A program made the translations under genes and the position numbers. Below, one piece after another: positions 46,009 to 54,693 of a DNA stretch of 64,000 nucleotides (its first letter is position 1; every line of letters begins with the position of its first letter). The notes under the pieces are model-generated. The model ran no database searches and was not told where the DNA came from. It saw only the letters and a program-made list of their open reading frames with translations. Source of the DNA: a virus; IMG/VR virus record IMGVR_UViG_3300043775_001834, positions 1 to 64,000 of that record; one strand, 5' to 3'.

Positions 46009-46296
46009 TCAAATCAAAATTCATTATTCACGTCAGTTAAAACATTTTTAAACGAACGTAACGATCAACAATTTAAGGTATCGGATTTAATCAAACATAC
46101 TACCGGTATTGAAAATGTTACTAATTGGAAGAGATGGAACAATAATCCTGGATATCGTACTCGTCAATATCTATCAAATTTACGAAGATTAGAATTTATC
46201 AAAAACGTTAAATATGGAGTTTGGGAAGTAATCAAACCAATACCACCAGATTTCAATTCAACTTCTATGAATATTGCTCTTAACTACATATACTAA
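46006..46296 (+). CDS. Early hypothetical protein (winged-helix-like)
   Basis: TRQYLSNLRRLEFIKNVKYGVW wHTH-like end. Confidence 0.55.
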   Translation: MSNQNSLFTSVKTFLNERNDQQFKVSDLIKHTTGIENVTNWKRWNNNPGYRTRQYLSNLRRLEFIKNVKYGVWEVIKPIPPDFNSTSMNIALNYIY

Positions 46297-46301
46297 ATAT
46301 T

Positions 46302-46475
46302 ATGAAAGGATTTAACGAACCTAAAAATTGGAATTTTTACATTACAATAAATAGCATAGAAACTCTTGTTGCTACTAAATATTGCAAATGTCCTTCACTT
46401 ACTAAGATTTGGAAAGAACTTGAATATAGGCTTTCATATGAATCAGAAGTTAAAAGCATAAAATGGTGTCTATAA
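46302..46475 (+). CDS. Small early hypothetical protein (57 aa, not in ORF track)
   Basis: MKGFNEPKNWNFYITINSIETLVATKYCKCPSLTKIWKELEYRLSYESEVKSIKWCL* fills the gap exactly. Confidence 0.55.
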   Translation: MKGFNEPKNWNFYITINSIETLVATKYCKCPSLTKIWKELEYRLSYESEVKSIKWCL

Positions 46476-46520
46476 ATTGTTAATAACTTTATTGAAATAA
46501 ATTTCCATGTTTCAGATTAT

Positions 46521-46560
46521 TTGATTAAATTTACATATCTAATTAAAACTACACATTATG
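46521..46560 (+). promoter_or_regulatory. Early promoter/leader cassette, copy 2
   Basis: TTGATTAAATTTACATATCTAATTAAAACTACACATTATG. Confidence 0.7.
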
Positions 46561-47034
46561 ATGACAGAATCACAAATCCACGAACAAAAAGAACTTGAAT
46601 CTAAATTAGCTCATAACTATGAGTTGTCTCATCGAGAGAACATGCTTCTCATATATTCAGATTTCCATAAAGATGCTTATGGTTTTCGTCCTCGTACTAT
46701 TAATGTATATGCCTTAACTACTGAGGAGTTAGAGGCCGATTTTGATCGTTTCGAACAGGTTTGTGCTGATAATCGTGAAGAGGAATTGGCTGCTGAATTT
46801 GAAGCGGATAAAGCCTTCCAAAACCTTATTACTAATACTATCCAAATAGGTGCTAGTGATGAGATTACTGCCTTACGTTGGATCGCTGAAGGTGCGGTAG
46901 AACAATACGGTTATGATTATGAGCACTTCCTTTGGAACCGAGGTATTTTATACTCAGCTTACGGTAAAAGAATTGCCCAGAGAATTGCTCCTATCTGGGG
47001 TAAAGCATTGTTCCAATATGAAAAGGCTGCATAA
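46558..47034 (+). CDS. Early hypothetical phage protein
   Basis: YSDFHKDAYGFRPR motif seen in phage early proteins. Confidence 0.65.
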   Translation: MMTESQIHEQKELESKLAHNYELSHRENMLLIYSDFHKDAYGFRPRTINVYALTTEELEADFDRFEQVCADNREEELAAEFEADKAFQNLITNTIQIGASDEITALRWIAEGAVEQYGYDYEHFLWNRGILYSAYGKRIAQRIAPIWGKALFQYEKAA

Positions 47035-47080
47035 TTTTTAATAAATTTTTAACACTTTAATTTTTTTAGTTTCCTCAATA

Positions 47081-47120
47081 TTGATTATATTTACATATCT
47101 AAATAAAATAAAGAAACATG
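47081..47120 (+). promoter_or_regulatory. Early promoter/leader cassette, copy 3
   Basis: TTGATTATATTTACATATCTAAATAAAATAAAGAAACATG. Confidence 0.7.
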
Positions 47121-47249
47121 ATTATATCAACCGAACTAGCTGAAAAATTAATAGCAACAGGAAGACTTCTTTTTGGAGATTATTTCATTAACCTAGAAGG
47201 AGAATACTATATTACTCGTAAAAAACTTAATAAAATCAAAACATCGTGA
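47118..47249 (+). CDS. Small early peptide (43 aa, not in ORF track)
   Basis: MIISTELAEKLIATGRLLFGDYFINLEGEYYITRKKLNKIKTS*, directly after cassette 3. Confidence 0.5.
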   Translation: MIISTELAEKLIATGRLLFGDYFINLEGEYYITRKKLNKIKTS

Positions 47250-47344
47250 AACAAAATGTAAAAGATAATCTAGTGATGGCAGTATTCTGTATTATTGTTA
47301 TAATAATCACAACTATAATTGCTCATTTTTCGCCTGTAATGTAA
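47246..47344 (+). CDS. Possible 32-aa single-TM peptide (GTG start overlapping previous stop)
   Basis: MKQNVKDNLVMAVFCIIVIIITTIIAHFSPVM*. Confidence 0.35.
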   Translation: MKQNVKDNLVMAVFCIIVIIITTIIAHFSPVM

Positions 47345-47530
47345 TGTAAAGAATTCTATTTTATCTCTAAAATATGGTTTGCTAGCAATATTATAACATT
47401 AAACTAGATGAAACTCTAATCCTCATACACTAGCCGGAACATTAGATAAAATGGTTAAAGATAAAATTAAAGCAAAGTGTTAAAACTTTAACAAAATTTT
47501 AACACTTTAGATTTTCACGATACAAACATA

Positions 47531-47570
47531 TTGATTATATTTACATATCTAATTAAAACTTCATATTATG
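47531..47570 (+). promoter_or_regulatory. Early promoter/leader cassette, copy 4
   Basis: TTGATTATATTTACATATCTAATTAAAACTTCATATTATG. Confidence 0.7.
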
Positions 47571-47768
47571 ACAAATCCAACATCTAAACGAGCAATTTAC
47601 CTTTTATTAACTCTGGCTTCTATGCTATGTACCTACTCTACGTTAACTGGCGATTTACAAAAAACAATTCACTTTACCGGAATTGCAAATGAAATGGCAT
47701 TCGTTATGGTCTCATTTATGTTATCTATCGGATTTGCTTATTTAACCATTTCTAAAATCGAAGAATAA
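47568..47768 (+). CDS. Small two-TM early membrane protein
   Basis: Two hydrophobic segments. Confidence 0.6.
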   Translation: MTNPTSKRAIYLLLTLASMLCTYSTLTGDLQKTIHFTGIANEMAFVMVSFMLSIGFAYLTISKIEE

Positions 47769-48173
47769 ATGAAAACTGAAAGATTACAAGTAAGAGCAAG
47801 ACAAGCAAGAAGAAAAATTACAAAATTGTTTACTGTATTTTCAAACGATGAGTTAATTGAAGATAAACAAATTGATTGTTTGCGTATCGTTAATAAGTTG
47901 ATTTGCGAGCCTAACACTATTTTACGATATATCTTCGACAAGAAAAAATATACGGTAGAAACTTCGAAATATTATGTTCAAATTTTCGATAAATTTATCA
48001 TCCTCCAAAACGGTAAATTTTCTTATCATGTAGATTTACCTGAGAAAAGTATAGACGAAGTCAAGTCTCTTTTTAATCGAGTAATTGAAAGACGAGATAA
48101 AATCTCTCAACAAAAATACAATGATCGAACTGCTAAAAATCTTAAAGAAGTTTTAGCGGAGCTAAATTCATAA
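47769..48173 (+). CDS. Hypothetical protein
   Basis: ORF track. Confidence 0.6.
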   Translation: MKTERLQVRARQARRKITKLFTVFSNDELIEDKQIDCLRIVNKLICEPNTILRYIFDKKKYTVETSKYYVQIFDKFIILQNGKFSYHVDLPEKSIDEVKSLFNRVIERRDKISQQKYNDRTAKNLKEVLAELNS

Positions 48174-48180
48174 ATTTGTT

Positions 48181-48209
48181 AATACTTTTAAAGGATTATT
48201 AGCATATAA
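48181..48209 (+). promoter_or_regulatory. Replication-class promoter AATAC-N17-CATATAA
   Basis: Upstream of clamp loader. Confidence 0.55.
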
Positions 48210-48227
48210 TAACTCTAAACTATTTAT

Positions 48228-49181
48228 ATGAATCCTAAAAAAGCTCTATGGACTGAAAGATATCGTCCATCCACATTAGATGAATTGATATTACCTGAAA
48301 GAATTGCAACCAAACTTCGTAATGGGTTGTATATGAATTTCTTATTTCATAGTTCTCCAGGTACAGGCAAAACATCAACGGCAAAAGCTATTTCAAAAGA
48401 CAATCCAACTATGTATATCAATTGTTCGGTTGAAACCGGAGTTGATACTGTTCGTACGAAAATATCCGAATTCTGTTCTACTTTGTCTGTTATTGATGGT
48501 GAAAGAAAATTAAAAGTGGTTATATTAGATGAGTTCGATGGTGTCTCTGATGCATACATGAAAGCTTTACGTGGTACAATCGAACAATTCGAAAAAACTG
48601 CTCGTTTTATTGCTACTTGCAACTACATTAATAAAATTCCTGACAACATTCAATCTCGTTTCGAATGTTTTAATTTTGATTTCTCTGAAGAAGAAGAAAT
48701 TGAAATTGAAAAGAAATACTATAAGCGAGTTTATGATATCATCAAAGCCGAAGGTATGGATATCGAGAAAGAAGCGTTAGTTGAATTAGTTAAACGTAAG
48801 TTTCCGGATTTACGATCAATCATTAACATCTTACAAGGTTATCATGCAGAAGGTAAAACTAAAATCACTGCAGAAGATGTTAAAAAATTCCACGGAGTTT
48901 TCAAAGACCTTTACGAACATATCTTTAATCCTGCAAATGACGAAGTTAAAAACTATCAATACTTAGTTTCTAATTACTCATCAAAAGTAGATGATGTGGT
49001 TCAATCATTAGGTACAGATTTCATAGAATACATTCAATTAGAACGTCCTCAGTTAATGAGAAAAGCCGGTGAAATATGTTATGAAGTTAATAGACATTCA
49101 TATGAACTTAGATTTGTTATTGATCCGGTAATTTGTATGTTGTCCTTGGTTTATCGTATACAACATATTGTTCGTTCATAG
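48228..49181 (+). CDS. gp44: Clamp loader AAA+ subunit (gp44/RFC-like)
   Basis: LWTERYRP, PGTGKT, ILDEFD, FIATCN, SRF, FPDLR. Confidence 0.92.
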   Translation: MNPKKALWTERYRPSTLDELILPERIATKLRNGLYMNFLFHSSPGTGKTSTAKAISKDNPTMYINCSVETGVDTVRTKISEFCSTLSVIDGERKLKVVILDEFDGVSDAYMKALRGTIEQFEKTARFIATCNYINKIPDNIQSRFECFNFDFSEEEEIEIEKKYYKRVYDIIKAEGMDIEKEALVELVKRKFPDLRSIINILQGYHAEGKTKITAEDVKKFHGVFKDLYEHIFNPANDEVKNYQYLVSNYSSKVDDVVQSLGTDFIEYIQLERPQLMRKAGEICYEVNRHSYELRFVIDPVICMLSLVYRIQHIVRS

Positions 49182-49203
49182 GATAGATAAAAGAAAAGAA
49201 CAT

Positions 49204-49803
49204 ATGCCTGCAAGCAATCAACAAATATTTTTAGTTAATGGAATCATCGTGGATTTCTTCGGAAATCCAATAAATATATTTTCTTCAAGATCTGCTGGAG
49301 CAACTGGTCCGATAGGAGCAACTGGCGAAGCTGGATTACCTGGAGTTACTGGACCTGCTGGATCTACTGCAGCTACTTCTAAATTCATTAAAGAATGGAT
49401 TACCGCAGGCAATGAACGCCTAATTATTACTGCTGAAGAAATTAATCCAATAATGTTAGCCTCAGGGAATACTCAAGAACAAATAAGTTATGACCAAAAT
49501 TACAGTTATTATAACTATTATGGTGGTAATCCATCAAGTTCATCTAGTTTAACTTCGCCTTATTCATCTGGGTTTTTAATCGATGAAATTAGTCAATCTT
49601 TAGCAGACATCCAAATTCAATTATGGCGAGTTAATTCAGCGTTCATAGATCCGGAAACTGAAAGTAGCTCATCAACTTTTTGGGAATTAATTAGTCCTAA
49701 TGATTATTCGGTAAACGTAAATGCAAACACTGGAGCTATTTATATCAATTTAACTTACCGATTAGTAAATTCTACTAGAACTCGAGCGGTTGTTATTTGT
49801 TAA
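49204..49803 (+). CDS. Protein with short collagen-like Gly-X-Y tract, probably late/structural (start revised to ATG 49204)
   Basis: GATGPIGATGEAGLPGVTGPAG; GATAGATA at 49182. Confidence 0.55.
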   Translation: MPASNQQIFLVNGIIVDFFGNPINIFSSRSAGATGPIGATGEAGLPGVTGPAGSTAATSKFIKEWITAGNERLIITAEEINPIMLASGNTQEQISYDQNYSYYNYYGGNPSSSSSLTSPYSSGFLIDEISQSLADIQIQLWRVNSAFIDPETESSSSTFWELISPNDYSVNVNANTGAIYINLTYRLVNSTRTRAVVIC

Positions 49804-49845
49804 TAACTTTCTATTAAAATATTTCTAAATAACAACTAATATTGT

Positions 49846-49853
49846 TATATTTG
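49846..49853 (+). promoter_or_regulatory. Bacteroidota-type -7 element TATATTTG (early promoter of rnh operon)
   Basis: Exact TAnnTTTG match; same upstream TGTTAATAAC box as cassettes 1-2. Confidence 0.65.
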
Positions 49854-49877
49854 TATAACACATTAAACAAAAACATT

Positions 49878-51146
49878 ATGACAGGTAAATATACCTTAGA
49901 ATTCGATGCTAATTTTTGGCTACATAAAACATTCCATATCGGTCAAAAAATTAAACAAGGCAAACCTTTTAATTTTATCGACGAACCTGAAGAAGATAAA
50001 AATCTATTGTTATGGAAATTATCTGTCGATTTTGCTGCTGAAATAAAACGTTTCGAAGGAATTACTCATCGAATCGTTTATACTATCGATTCAAGCTCAT
50101 GGCGTAAATCATATCATCCAACTGCCGAATACAAAGGAAATCGTATTAAAACCAATGAAATTAATTGGTCTATGATTTATGAAGTTCATGACGAATTTGC
50201 AAAATCACTTGAAAAACTAGGTGTTATTATTTCTCGAGTTAAAGGTGCCGAAGCCGACGATTTAATATTTGCTTGGTCTTCGTACTTAAATCAAAATGGT
50301 CAAAATGCTTTAATTATTTCAGGTGATAATGATTTACTTCAATTAGTAAATAAAGACAATTCATCAGGAGCTAATACAGTTTATTACAATAAATTCGACA
50401 AAGACCTACACGTTTTTCCAGGATTTAAACAATGGATCGAAGTCGAAGAAATGCCTACTGATATTTTCAACTTACCTAAAGACATCATATCAAATGCAAA
50501 GTCTCATCTCAAAGATATCGTTAAGTTAAATAAAATGAAATTAGATGAAGTCAATGTTAATGAATTTGTCTTCAGAAAAATCCTAGTAGGAGATTCAGGC
50601 GATAATGTTCCACCATTACATACTACAATTAAAACTGATAAATCAGGTAAAGAACGAACATTCAAAGTAACCGATACTCATGCCGCTGCAATTATGGCAG
50701 AATTTAAAGATGATAAAATTTACATCAATCAATCACACTTCTTTAATGAAGAATATATCGATCAAATCGTTTCTATTGCTCAACGAGTAATTAAAATCGA
50801 CAAACCATTAGCCGAAATTAAAGAACGATGGTTATTGAATCGAGATTTAATGATGCTACATAAACGTTGCATTCCTGAAAAGGTCTTAAGCGATATGTTC
50901 GAACACATCGAATCTATTCCATTAAGTTCTTTCTCTGCAATGGCTTTACATTCACTTATGAGTAAAGATAAAATTCTTGAAGGTACCACATACACAAAAG
51001 AAAAAGCCGAATCATTTAATGAGTCAGGAATTTTTAGATCGGCAATGCCAAAATCTGATCCGATGGTAAATAAAGATGTAGTAATAACTTCAACTCCTGC
51101 AGGTGATGGATTCAATCCTTCATTTTGGGAAGACTTAATGAAATAA
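49878..51146 (+). CDS. rnh: T4 RNase H-like 5'-3' exonuclease (start revised to ATG 49878)
   Basis: SWRK..YKGNR, EADD, SGDNDL, GDSGDNVP. Confidence 0.85.
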   Translation: MTGKYTLEFDANFWLHKTFHIGQKIKQGKPFNFIDEPEEDKNLLLWKLSVDFAAEIKRFEGITHRIVYTIDSSSWRKSYHPTAEYKGNRIKTNEINWSMIYEVHDEFAKSLEKLGVIISRVKGAEADDLIFAWSSYLNQNGQNALIISGDNDLLQLVNKDNSSGANTVYYNKFDKDLHVFPGFKQWIEVEEMPTDIFNLPKDIISNAKSHLKDIVKLNKMKLDEVNVNEFVFRKILVGDSGDNVPPLHTTIKTDKSGKERTFKVTDTHAAAIMAEFKDDKIYINQSHFFNEEYIDQIVSIAQRVIKIDKPLAEIKERWLLNRDLMMLHKRCIPEKVLSDMFEHIESIPLSSFSAMALHSLMSKDKILEGTTYTKEKAESFNESGIFRSAMPKSDPMVNKDVVITSTPAGDGFNPSFWEDLMK

Positions 51147-51147
51147 T

Positions 51148-51525
51148 ATGTCACATTATAAACATGCAAATATAAAGAATCTCCCTAGCAACCCTAAGGA
51201 GATTTTTGATTATGCACTGAGTAAATCTTACGATTCATGGGTTGATGAAAAGAGTACGGCAGATAATCCAGGATATGCTACTAGAAAACCTAGTAAATTA
51301 ACGTATGAAGAAGCTTTCAAAATCATTCAAGCAAATAAACCACATTGGGTAGTTTCTTTTCGCAATATCTATCATATAAGTACTACAGAAAATGATTATT
51401 GGGAATTCGGTGGATGTAATATCAAAGCCAATGATTATGGTGAAGTTTTCATTTGGATAAAAGTTACCATTGAAGAAGCCTTAAAAATATTTGAAAAATT
51501 TAATTTAGAAGTAAATGAATATTGA
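51148..51525 (+). CDS. Hypothetical protein
   Basis: ORF track. Confidence 0.6.
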   Translation: MSHYKHANIKNLPSNPKEIFDYALSKSYDSWVDEKSTADNPGYATRKPSKLTYEEAFKIIQANKPHWVVSFRNIYHISTTENDYWEFGGCNIKANDYGEVFIWIKVTIEEALKIFEKFNLEVNEY

Positions 51526-51916
51526 TATAGAAGATAATAAAACACTCATCATCAGAAAGTTCGAAGAACTTAAAGGTCAATTCGTTATTAATGCAAGTTG
51601 GGAAATTGAAAGATTAGTAGCAGTCGGTGAAGATGATATGGACTACTATTGGATAACCTATGATGGTAGAAAATTACGATGGAATACTTGCGTTGGTGGA
51701 CTTATGCCACTAAAGGGATATTTGAGAAATGAAGATTATGATGAATTAGTTAGATTAGCTCAACTTAATCATTGGGATCAAGTAACTCGATGGGGTCATC
51801 CGAACATTGAAAAGGCTGAGAAATTCGGCAGAGACCACAAAAATGAATTATTAACACTACCAGAAAATCATAGGTTCTTAACTGAGGTTTGCTGGGAATT
51901 AACAAAAATAGAATAA
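51515..51916 (+). CDS. Hypothetical protein
   Basis: ORF track. Confidence 0.6.
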   Translation: MNIDIEDNKTLIIRKFEELKGQFVINASWEIERLVAVGEDDMDYYWITYDGRKLRWNTCVGGLMPLKGYLRNEDYDELVRLAQLNHWDQVTRWGHPNIEKAEKFGRDHKNELLTLPENHRFLTEVCWELTKIE

Positions 51917-52186
51917 ATGGACTACTTAATTTTATCGATTATCGTTGGCATTTATATTTTAGGATATGTTTCAATGCTTGGTTTTTTAATTACCTTTGGT
52001 AAGAAATTTGGATTCGATAAATATGATTCTAGCAGAATTCGAAGCTATTCTGATTACGAAGATTATGATAGCAATGCAGAAGCCTACGTTTCATGGTCTT
52101 TTGCATGGCCTATTTTAGTTCCCTTTCATATAATCTATTTCTTATATACTAGTCTCGTAAATAAAATAAAAAAATACACAAATTAA
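51917..52186 (+). CDS. Membrane protein
   Basis: Two hydrophobic segments, WP motif. Confidence 0.6.
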   Translation: MDYLILSIIVGIYILGYVSMLGFLITFGKKFGFDKYDSSRIRSYSDYEDYDSNAEAYVSWSFAWPILVPFHIIYFLYTSLVNKIKKYTN

Positions 52187-52187
52187 T

Positions 52188-52406
52188 ATGGAAGATTTTG
52201 CAAAAACCCGAGTAGGAAAAAAATTCTTAGAAATGGACATTCCTAAATTAGCCGATGCGTTAGAAAAACTAGCTGAGGCTATGACTGAATCTAATAAAAT
52301 CGAAGAAAAGAAATTAGTATTAGAACAAAAAAGATTCCTAAACGAAAAACGTAATTCAAATGCTAAAAATACTGAATCGCTTCAGGAAAACTGGGCAAAC
52401 AAATAG
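52188..52406 (+). CDS. Hypothetical protein
   Basis: ORF track. Confidence 0.55.
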   Translation: MEDFAKTRVGKKFLEMDIPKLADALEKLAEAMTESNKIEEKKLVLEQKRFLNEKRNSNAKNTESLQENWANK

Positions 52407-52671
52407 TTGCACTCTCTGCAATGGCAAAAAATGTAGTGAAAAATGTTTGCCTGAGGTAATTGATGAAATAGAAACCGAAAGAAATTTCTATTTGTCACCT
52501 GAACAAAATGCTAAGTTTGTTGCATGGCAGAGAACAAAAACACTTAAATACATTGGTGCTATCGGTGGCCATTTCTCAGTAGAATTTATGATGACCGGAA
52601 TTGGTGAATTTGTCGTAGCAAAATGTGTCGACGGAACCGAATTAAATTTAACCGAATACGATAAACTTTAA
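52360..52671 (+). CDS. Hypothetical protein
   Basis: ORF track; GAIGG motif. Confidence 0.55.
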   Translation: MLKILNRFRKTGQTNSCTLCNGKKCSEKCLPEVIDEIETERNFYLSPEQNAKFVAWQRTKTLKYIGAIGGHFSVEFMMTGIGEFVVAKCVDGTELNLTEYDKL

Positions 52672-52675
52672 AAAT

Positions 52676-53494
52676 ATGCCAGAATTACCAGAAGTCGCTC
52701 GCACCGCTTTATCATTGAATAGTGCAATTCAAGGAAAAAAATTACAAGAAGTAATAGTTCACTCAGGACGATATGCCAAGCATGGTAATCCTGTTGGATT
52801 AGACCAATTCAGAGAAGAATTACCTGCGAATATAGACAAAGTCGAATTTTGCGGTAAGCTTATAGTATTTGAATTTACCGGAAAGACTGGTAAAAAATGG
52901 TGGGTTTGGAATACTTTAGGCATGTCTGGTGGATGGCGATACCAACATTCAAAACACGGTCACGTTGAATTTAAGACTGCAGATGGCTCAGTTTTCTTTA
53001 CTGATGCTCGTAATTTTGGTACAATGAAGTTCGTTGATAACGAAGTAGAAACAAAAAAGAAAAAATCTTCAATCGGTCCTAATCATTTAGCCGATGTAAT
53101 ATCTGACGACCTTTTCAAAAATCGTTTGATGAAATATAAAAACAAAACTTTGCCAGAAGTACTAATGAATCAAGGATTGATAGGTGGTATAGGTAATTAT
53201 ATCAAAGCCGAAATTTTATATCGAGCTAAATTATCACCAAATCGAATTGTAGATTCTCTATCTCTTCAAGATTTCACAAATCTAAATAAGGCAACTAAGG
53301 AAGTTGTTCAAAACTCATTTGCTAATCGAGGAGCATCGATCAAAACTTATAAAAGTATGGACGGAGAAGATGGAGATTTTGTATTTTCATTTAAAGTATA
53401 CGGAAGAGAAACGTGTGAAAACGGTTTTGAAGTAGTAAGAGAATTAACTCGAGATGGAAGGACCACGCATTGGGTTCCTGAAATACAAATATAG
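52676..53494 (+). CDS. mutM: Fpg/Nei-family DNA glycosylase/AP lyase, zinc-less finger type
   Basis: MPELPEV, GK, LGMSG, DARNFG, H2TH GIGNYIKAEIL, VYGR, GRTTHWVPEIQ. Confidence 0.9.
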   Translation: MPELPEVARTALSLNSAIQGKKLQEVIVHSGRYAKHGNPVGLDQFREELPANIDKVEFCGKLIVFEFTGKTGKKWWVWNTLGMSGGWRYQHSKHGHVEFKTADGSVFFTDARNFGTMKFVDNEVETKKKKSSIGPNHLADVISDDLFKNRLMKYKNKTLPEVLMNQGLIGGIGNYIKAEILYRAKLSPNRIVDSLSLQDFTNLNKATKEVVQNSFANRGASIKTYKSMDGEDGDFVFSFKVYGRETCENGFEVVRELTRDGRTTHWVPEIQI

Positions 53495-53905
53495 ATGGAA
53501 TCAAAAAAGCCAGATATCGTAGTATGGAACGAAAAAGATGGATATGATGCAAAGCTAAAGGCATATCCTACAAGTGCTTCCAGTCCAGGATTTGATTTAC
53601 CTAATGTACCTTTATTTAGAACACAATCATCTAAAAAAATGATGAATGTTTTTAATCGAGAGAAAGAGGAAATTAAAGAAAAAATCGAAAAGCTATACGA
53701 AGAGTATAATACATCGATAATGGTATGGGAATCTAAAATATCTTTTGAGCCTATCGTAGGAAAATCTTATTTCTTATATACTTTTAAAGGTGAATTGACA
53801 TTGTCATTAATAGGTCCAACTGAATGGAATCGAAGAGAAGATTTTATTGGCGAATTTATTTTAAATTCTGATAATAAGTGGATAGAACGTAAAACTAAAA
53901 TATAA
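53495..53905 (+). CDS. DUF2452-like protein
   Basis: YPTSASSP, FEPIVGKSYFLY, LSLIGPTEW pattern. Confidence 0.6.
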   Translation: MESKKPDIVVWNEKDGYDAKLKAYPTSASSPGFDLPNVPLFRTQSSKKMMNVFNREKEEIKEKIEKLYEEYNTSIMVWESKISFEPIVGKSYFLYTFKGELTLSLIGPTEWNRREDFIGEFILNSDNKWIERKTKI

Positions 53906-54264
53906 TGGAAGTAGTCGAAGGACCCTTAGAGGTTAGCCAACATAAATCGGCTAAATTACACAAAAGAATTAAGAAAGAATTTAAAAATGCTAGCAATCTA
54001 GAAATATGGGAAGGGATTCGAGATAATTTTATCTTTGGATTTCTTGGTGCTATTTTAGTTGTGTTTATTTCTACGAAAACCGATATCGCAGTCCTCGTCG
54101 GCTATTTAGTTTACTATTTCTTTATGGGTAGAATTGTTAATCGTCCTAAATATGTAACTGAATTAGGAAAGCTAATTGTATTTCCTTTGCCATCTGCACT
54201 AGGTGCATTTACCGGCTATAAATTATCTTTATTTTTTATCGACTTAATCAATCAAATATCTTAA
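53905..54264 (+). CDS. Membrane protein (about 3 TM)
   Basis: Hydrophobic segments. Confidence 0.6.
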   Translation: MEVVEGPLEVSQHKSAKLHKRIKKEFKNASNLEIWEGIRDNFIFGFLGAILVVFISTKTDIAVLVGYLVYYFFMGRIVNRPKYVTELGKLIVFPLPSALGAFTGYKLSLFFIDLINQIS

Positions 54265-54282
54265 TTCATTCATATAATAAAC

Positions 54283-54693
54283 ATGGAACTATTCGATTTT
54301 ATGAAGGTAATCTTCTCAAACCCTAAGCAATATTCAACAATTAAAAACTCGGAAAAAGAACGTCATTTCTTTATGACTCAACGTTTTTTTTCCGTGAAGC
54401 ACCCCACAACAGCTCAATCATTAAATCGAAACGGCATCACCGGTTGGGCTGTTGTAGATTTATGGCAAATCGTGGGTTCTCGCTTTCAAAGGGTTCCAGG
54501 TTGGATATATACTAAAACGAAGAAAGCTCCGACTGAAAAAATATGGAAACCTAATCCGGAAGTTGCAAAGCTATGGATGGAACGAAATGGACTTGGTGAA
54601 CGAGAATTAAATCTCGCAATCAAATTCAATCCAGAAGAAATGAAACGTACTTTTACTTTGATCGAAAAACAGATCGATACTAGTGTCAGATAA
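54283..54693 (+). CDS. Probable clamp loader small subunit (gp62-like)
   Basis: MELFDFM, FFMTQRFFS, WIYTK pattern and size; CAATC-N17-CATATAA promoter at 54249-54277. Confidence 0.45.
   Translation: MELFDFMKVIFSNPKQYSTIKNSEKERHFFMTQRFFSVKHPTTAQSLNRNGITGWAVVDLWQIVGSRFQRVPGWIYTKTKKAPTEKIWKPNPEVAKLWMERNGLGERELNLAIKFNPEEMKRTFTLIEKQIDTSVR

Noticed and set aside
45911-47570. CRISPR-like array
   Set aside because: Repeats are separated by 450-560 bp containing ORFs and end in ATG; they are promoter cassettes.
3895-48780. Short + strand alternative-frame ORFs (3895, 11307, 40701, 48571)
   Set aside because: Nested out of frame within conserved genes; no independent start signals or motifs.
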